From assembly GCA_002269645.1 (NCBI GenBank), contig NIVC01001922.1:122417-186416 (forward strand): a DNA stretch of 64,000 nt, read 5' to 3'. Both the position numbers and the translations under genes were made by a program. The number at the start of each line of letters is the position of its first letter. The first letter of the stretch is position 1. This document shows positions 58,401 through 64,000 of this stretch, one piece after another. A model generated the notes under the pieces. The model was not told the origin of the DNA and did not search any database. It saw only the letters and a list, made by a program, of their open reading frames with translations. This stretch comes from Macrostomum lignano. Lineage: Eukaryota.

Positions 58401-60700
58401 CGTGAATGCGGATAAAGAAACCGTGAATTTGGATAAAGAAACCGTGAATGCGGATAAAGAAACCGTGAATTCAGATACAGAAACCGTGAATCCAGATACA
58501 GAAACCGTGAATGCGGATAAAGAAACCGTGAATTCAGATACAGAAACCGTGAATCCAGATACAGAAACCGTGAATGCAGATACAGAAACCGTGAATCCAG
58601 ATACAGAAACCGTGAATGCAGATACAGAAACCGTGAATCCAGATACAGAAACCGTGAATGCAGATACAGAAACCGTGAATGCAGATACAGAAACTGTGAA
58701 TGCAGATACAGAAACTGTGAATGCAGATACAGAAACCGTGAATCCGCAGCCCAGCTACTCACCTCCTGCTCCACGTGCAGCACACGGATATGCGATGGCA
58801 CGCTGATCTGCCTGGTGCTCAGCAGCTTCAGCAGGGTGGTCTTGCCCAGCCCGTTCCGGCCAACAAAGCCGTAGCGCCTGCCGCTGGCCAGAGTGAGGTT
58901 GGCGCCCTCCAGCAGCTGCCGACTGCCGAAGGCGATGTCCAGACCTTCAACGCGAATATCGCGCACGCGGCCCGACTCGCCGTCCAGAGCGGCGTCTTTG
59001 CGATTAAGCTGCTGGCTCACCTGCGGATGTCCGGAATAGTTTGAACTCCAATTTTACGATCTCTGAGCCACTTTGTTTTAATCTGTTAGTAGAACGGCCA
59101 AGGGGGTGAGGGAGTTGACAATTTTTTGCTGCGCTCGAACGGAAGCAACGCAGGCGCACGAATTTGAAGGGCACGAGCGAACCTTTTTGTTGTCGCGCAC
59201 CTTCGCAAACAATAATCAAGTCGCCAGCCTTTCGGACCGCGTCGAGATATTAAAAAATTCTGCCAGAAAGTCGAATTTTTTACAAGTCTTCAAATTTCAC
59301 CAGCTCGTCGACGACAGGTGTCTGAATCAGCTCTGACTTCTGGACCTTCAACGGATGGCACCGGGTGACTGTGCCCGGTAAAATGGCTTGGTATTCCCCC
59401 TATTGGAATAAATGTTAAAAACCCGCGGACGCGCGCTTTAGAAAAGAGTCAAACTATTTTACCGCGCTTTAGGATTATTAGAGATGTTCCGAAAGATCTG
59501 CAGTTTCGTCGAAATCAATATTCGCTAACTTTCCAAAATCAAAATTGAAATTTCCCGAAATCATAATTCAGAAAAACAAAGTTTAGTATGATCAACACTC
59601 ACTTTTTTACTTTCAATTTACTGCTTAAGCAAAAAGTAATACATGTATATGTAGTAGAAAGTAGTTTATTTTTAGCGACTTTTTAGACACTACCAAAATT
59701 TTCAAAATTTTTAAATTTAGACAATTTTCGACACTTCTAAATTTTATTTCGAAATTGAAATTTGCTCTAAAAAATTTCAAATTTGGAAAATTGAAATTGA
59801 ATTTTCGGAACATCTCTAAGCTTAATAAATTACGAGTGTATAAGCCCCTTCAACAGAGGTATTATACCCATTTCCATGTATATGTATTTGCTAGAGCAGC
59901 AGCCAGTAAGAAAGGGCAGCGCGCGCAGGCGCTGCGCCTGTGCGCGCGCTGCGCTTTAGAAAAATTTCAAAAGTGCGCCGGACACCGTCCGCGGTTTTAC
60001 AACTTTTTCCTATAGGGGGTATTCCTACTGGAAAGATCATTATGAACTTCCGAGTCCCTAATATCCACTTACAAATCTCTTTCAGAACTCCCAAATCCCT
60101 ATACAAATATCACCCCATCTCCCTACACAGACTCACGGAAGCTCCGCACTCGTCCTGCGAAGTGAGCGAGTTGGAGGACGCATTGTTGGCCTTCATCAGC
60201 CGCTTGGCAGCCTTGGGGTCGCTGGCTAGCGAGGCTTCAACATTGATGAGCTTGTTCTCAGACTTGCGCTGCATCCAGATGCCGCCGCCGTTGCTGCCGC
60301 CGCCGCCGAGCCCTCCGCCGCTGTCGGCCACAGCAGAGTGCAGCTCGCCCAGCTGCACAGGCGCGCGCAGCCGCTCCGGACCCGCCGCGTCGCCATTGGC
60401 TGTCGCACTGCCAGCCGACGCGCCGGAGTCAGCAGCGGCGTCGGCCGCAGAGTCGGCAGAAGCGGCGCCGGAGCAGAATCTGGTGTAGATGGCCTCGCAG
60501 ATGTCGCGCACAGACTCCGGCGTCTGGTTGGCGTCGGCTTCGTGCAAGAAGTCGCCAATCGCAGCCTCGATGTCGGCGCCGCTGACGAAGTCGTCGACAC
60601 CGTCGGCCAGCAGGCTGTGCAGGTACTGGCTGAAGTCCTCGTCCAGGTTGGCAACCCGGGACTGCAGGAACTGCAGGATTGGCGCGTCGCTGTCTTCCAT
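55479..60700 (-). CDS. ABCF3: ABC-F family ATPase ABCF3 (GCN20-like), about 735 aa
   Basis: Exons 60700-60137, 59020-58763, 58110-57815, 57347-56792, 56012-55479. Two ABC cassettes (GRNGLGKTTLL, FSGGWRMRLALARALF, LLLLDEPSNMLD; GENGQGKSTLL, LSGGQKCRIAFA, LDEPTNHLD), no TM segments. The ABCF3-type N-terminal helical domain and the NMLD variant in the first cassette are present. Confidence 0.95.
56195..56760 (+). repeat. About 32-bp minisatellite (TTTTATCCCTAGATTCCAAACCAGATTGGGA)
   Basis: In ABCF3 intron 56791-56013. Confidence 0.9.
57412..57712 (+). repeat. About 20-bp degenerate repeat (GAGAACCCAAAACCCCTT)
   Basis: In ABCF3 intron 57814-57348. Confidence 0.85.
58203..58746 (+). repeat. 21-bp minisatellite (GAAACCGTGAATGCGGATACA)
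   Basis: About 26 units in ABCF3 intron 58762-58111. Confidence 0.95.
59396..60019. mobile_element. Degenerate MITE in ABCF3 intron 1
   Basis: Imperfect TIRs of about 36 bp (CCCCCTATTGGAATAAATGTTAAAAACCCGCGGACG vs CCCCCTATAGGAAAAAGTTGTAAAACCGCGGACG), a 4-bp TATT direct repeat on both flanks and an AT-rich interior. Confidence 0.55.
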
Positions 60701-63567
60701 GCGGCTTGCAAGCTGGGGAGGGCAGATTTTTTATGTACTTGAGCAGATGAACTCACTCACTCCAGTCTCTTCAATGGCGAGTACCCTAGGTTTTATTTTC
60801 GAGTAACAGTGTGTCATGATATACCAGCTTTCATCTTTTGTGATCGAGCAAAAGTAAGATATCCGTATTATTAGAACTTATTATAAGACTTTATAATTGT
60901 AGAGAATTTGCTGAATCATGCAATAACTTGAGCCTAGGTAGGTCGCAAACTTTAAGACATGCCAAGAAAACCAAAACTGTGATCCAAATCAGGCATTATA
61001 CTTTTATACTCTTATACTTTTATAAGAATAGAGGCAGCTAAAATGACTTTGATAAGTTTAGAAGCCTAAGCTTATAGACATAAACAATTGCCAATTGGTT
61101 CAGATATATATGCATTAGCCATTGAAATATACAGGGCAGATTTAGGCAGAACAATTAAAGAAAGTAATAAAAATTGGGTGGCAAGGCAGGGATAAAGGTT
61201 TTATAATCTGTATGGAGTTTAAGGGTTTAAGCTTAGGGTGTAAAAGACAATAAATAAAGCTTGGATTTAAAAATAACTTAAAATGCTATAGTTTAAATTA
61301 CTACTAAATTGAAGTAACTTACATGCAAATATGCTAAGTGGCTCATTCAGTAGATATTCTAAGAATCTGTGAATTCTATAAAATATGCATAATTAAATTA
61401 ATCAAATAATTGATATAAATAAATACAACTAATATAAAAATTTATAAAACTAATAGATGATTTAAATATTAAAAACCTTAAATAGAAGTTCTAGGTGCCT
61501 AATTATAAACAAATTAATAAATAGTATAGGCTATAAACTAGATTAGACTTATGCAATTAATACAACTTTATAGATAGAAAACAAAATTTTGTATAGATAA
61601 TTGATGTGCCAATCTATTATCCTGCACCAACTTTAATTGGCAGGCTTGGCCTATTATCTAATCTAGACTGATAGGCATTCTTTCATTTTACGATAAGCCT
61701 ACCTGTAAGACAATTGATTACTTGCATCAATTTCATTATACGATACCCAATGAAAAATAGTAAGAATTAAAACAGACAGCCATGATTGCAAAAATGCTAC
61801 AATTGTAGCTTACTAAAGCATGATCCTTATATTTACTTTTGTTAGGGGCCTACCGCCTATATGATGTTTTCAATAGAGAATTTGTTAATAATGCATTGGG
61901 GGTTAATTAGGGGTTAATTAGGGGTTAATTAGGGGGTGTAAAAGCAAAAAAATAAGAGAGAATAGTAAGAATTGGATGTAGCCATACAAGAATCCTATAA
62001 TTGTAAGTTATTAAATATTAGAGCATAAGTCTTATATTTACTTTTGTTATAAAAATATGAAGCCCTAAATTTAAAATCTAAGTAGAGAATTTATTAGGAA
62101 TGCATTTTAAAATGAAAGTGAGGGGGCTTATGGCAAAGAAAAGAATTAAAGACTGAAAAGAAATGGGTGACAATGACAATGACAATGACAATGACAATGA
62201 CAATGAGCAATGACATCAGCTATATAAAAATAAGACAAGGTTATAGAGATATACTTGTTAGTATATAAATATTATTTTCGAAGTATCATTTAAAATAAAT
62301 AATTAATCCGCCTTTAAACTTTAATTAGGCCTAACACGAACCAGTCATGCATAGCGAAGCCTCAGAGGCTCAGCCTCTGCAGTCAGTAGCCCGATTGCAG
62401 TTGCAGTGTATATAGTGCGTGTATTTTCTTCGAAACAATTGAAGCCTAATACAAACAAAATGTTAAGAAAATCTTTTTAAGTAGCTGCTAAGGGCATTGA
62501 GACTAATAAAAAATTTTTATATGTTACAAAATAAACAACTAAATGCTAATAACAGGCTATCGATAAGTTTTTTTCAAGTTATTTTTTCTATTATCGATTA
62601 AAAATTATAATAACTTAATAATAAAATATAGATTATCGGCCTATTGGCCTTTCAGCTTCAAAACTTTAACTTAAATGAATTCATTGATTTATACAGAATA
62701 AATGTAAAGAACTTTAAACTTTTAATAGCCTAATATCTATAATGCCGACTGAAAAACTAATGTAGATGGCAAGCTCATAATTAATTTCATAAATTAACTT
62801 GTTTTAATTTATTTTAAAGCCAAAGGCGTCAACAATGCTTAAAATGTAAAAAATTCTTTTCTAGGGCATTCAAATTTAACTAAATGATGTATTTTTAAAT
62901 GTCAGTGTCTTGTGTTAGGTTACATGAATTTTAATTTAACATGCAACTTTCACTTATTATTCATGAGAGAAAACCACTAAATGAAAAAAATGGAGCCAGC
63001 CTCTTTTCTACATCAAAAATTTTCCCAGCTCTGGCTGTTCAAACAGCATGTGCTCGCTAGAACTGGCTAGCGTCGTAAAAATAGTAATAATAACAATAAC
63101 AACTTTTGGCTGTAGCTCTGAATATATAAGCAAAGCAGTTGAAACTTCATATATGGCTAAAATAGATTACAAAAACTTAAATCACTTTTTTGATCCACAA
63201 ATTGCATATTCTTAGATTTTACATCAGGCCTTTCCTCTCGTTTTAAATAAAATTAAAATAGACATATTTTAAATCAAATGATGAGAACTTATGGAGTAAC
63301 TAATCTGATTCATTTGTTATAGACTATAAGATAAAATATAGATACAGTATACTTACTTTCATCAAGGATTTAGATTTAAACTATCACTGAATGAAATTGC
63401 TACATTGAGCCATGCCTGGTGCAGTTAAAAATATAACAAGCAGATAAGATTATAAATTGTGTGATTACTAAGTATAATGTAAGAAATTAAACTATTCACA
63501 TGGTAATTTTGTACAAGCCAACGATGTCCACTCTCAAAATCATTGATCTTCTTTCCTGATTGCAGGC

Positions 63568-63962
63568 ATGAACTGCACAGCGAAATATTTATTGATTCTG
63601 GTGCAGCTGGTGTATGCTGGTCTGTCAACGGCATCTTTTGCTTCCGATCCAGACCATTGCAAAGGTGTTTAACGAGTTAATGTATTACTTTCCCCAATAT
63701 ATTATAAATATTGCATGAGCTCTAATCTTTAGTAGGGTCAAATTCACAATATGTGTACTCTTAGGTTTAAACTATGTACTTTATAAACTAATTTATGCTT
63801 ACCTATACTGTGTTAGACCAGAACATGGACTGTGTGGAATGCGACTCGCTGTACGACAGCCGATGCCGCGACCCCTTCGACGTGTCCCTGGTCAAGCGCG
63901 GTTTGGTTCCGTCAGTGCGCTGCGGCGGCGTCTGCCTCCAAATGGGTGCCACAGATACGCTG
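63568..63962 (+). CDS. 5' exons of a secreted Cys-rich protein, probably Ly6/uPAR three-finger (quiver/sleepless-like); runs off the window
   Basis: Exon 63568-63664 encodes a signal-peptide-like MNCTAKYLLILVQLVYAGLSTASFA. The phase-matched exon 63817-63962 encodes DCVECDSLYDSRCRDPFD...RCGGVC, with the CxxCxSxxDxxCxDPF spacing of invertebrate three-finger proteins. Confidence 0.5.
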
Positions 63963-64000
63963 GTAAGGCTAATTCTCTTCTCTCAGGTCAACATGAGCAC

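Noticed and set aside
58166-58806. Acidic heptad ORF (NADTETV)n and the antisense (SRFLYP)n extension
   Set aside because: 21-bp intronic repeat of ABCF3; the exon ends at GAG|GTGAGT (58763).
61899-61936. Telomere-like (GGGGTTAATTA)n
   Set aside because: Only three 11-bp units, not TTAGGG-periodic; an ordinary short tandem repeat.

Overview
Eukaryotic (animal) genomic DNA with spliced, GC-rich exons, almost certainly not prokaryotic. The style (CAG/GCN-rich exons, minisatellite-filled introns) resembles a free-living flatworm such as Macrostomum; this is inference, not a database result. Seven protein-coding genes were reconstructed by hand from GT-AG exon chains with consistent phase: the 3' part of a mucin/SEA-like single-pass membrane protein (+), a myristoylated NCS-family EF-hand protein (-), an SLC5 Na+/solute symporter (-), Cdc42 (-), teashirt (+), ABCF3 (-) and the start of a probable Ly6/uPAR three-finger protein (+). 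An AT-rich block (about 29-37 kb) holds a decayed hAT transposon with exact TIRs and an 8-bp TSD, a long-TIR element nested inside it, and a Mutator-like foldback with a 9-bp TSD. Two further MITEs lie at 37.3 and 59.4 kb. Most larger introns carry their own unrelated minisatellite. Several arrays are built from splice-junction sequence: two SLC5 arrays are reiterations of the gene's own exon-intron donor junction, and others are strings of YAG|GT sites. A higher-order array upstream of teashirt carries 14 perfect GGGACTTTCC motifs. Most long ORFs in the supplied track are repeat artefacts.
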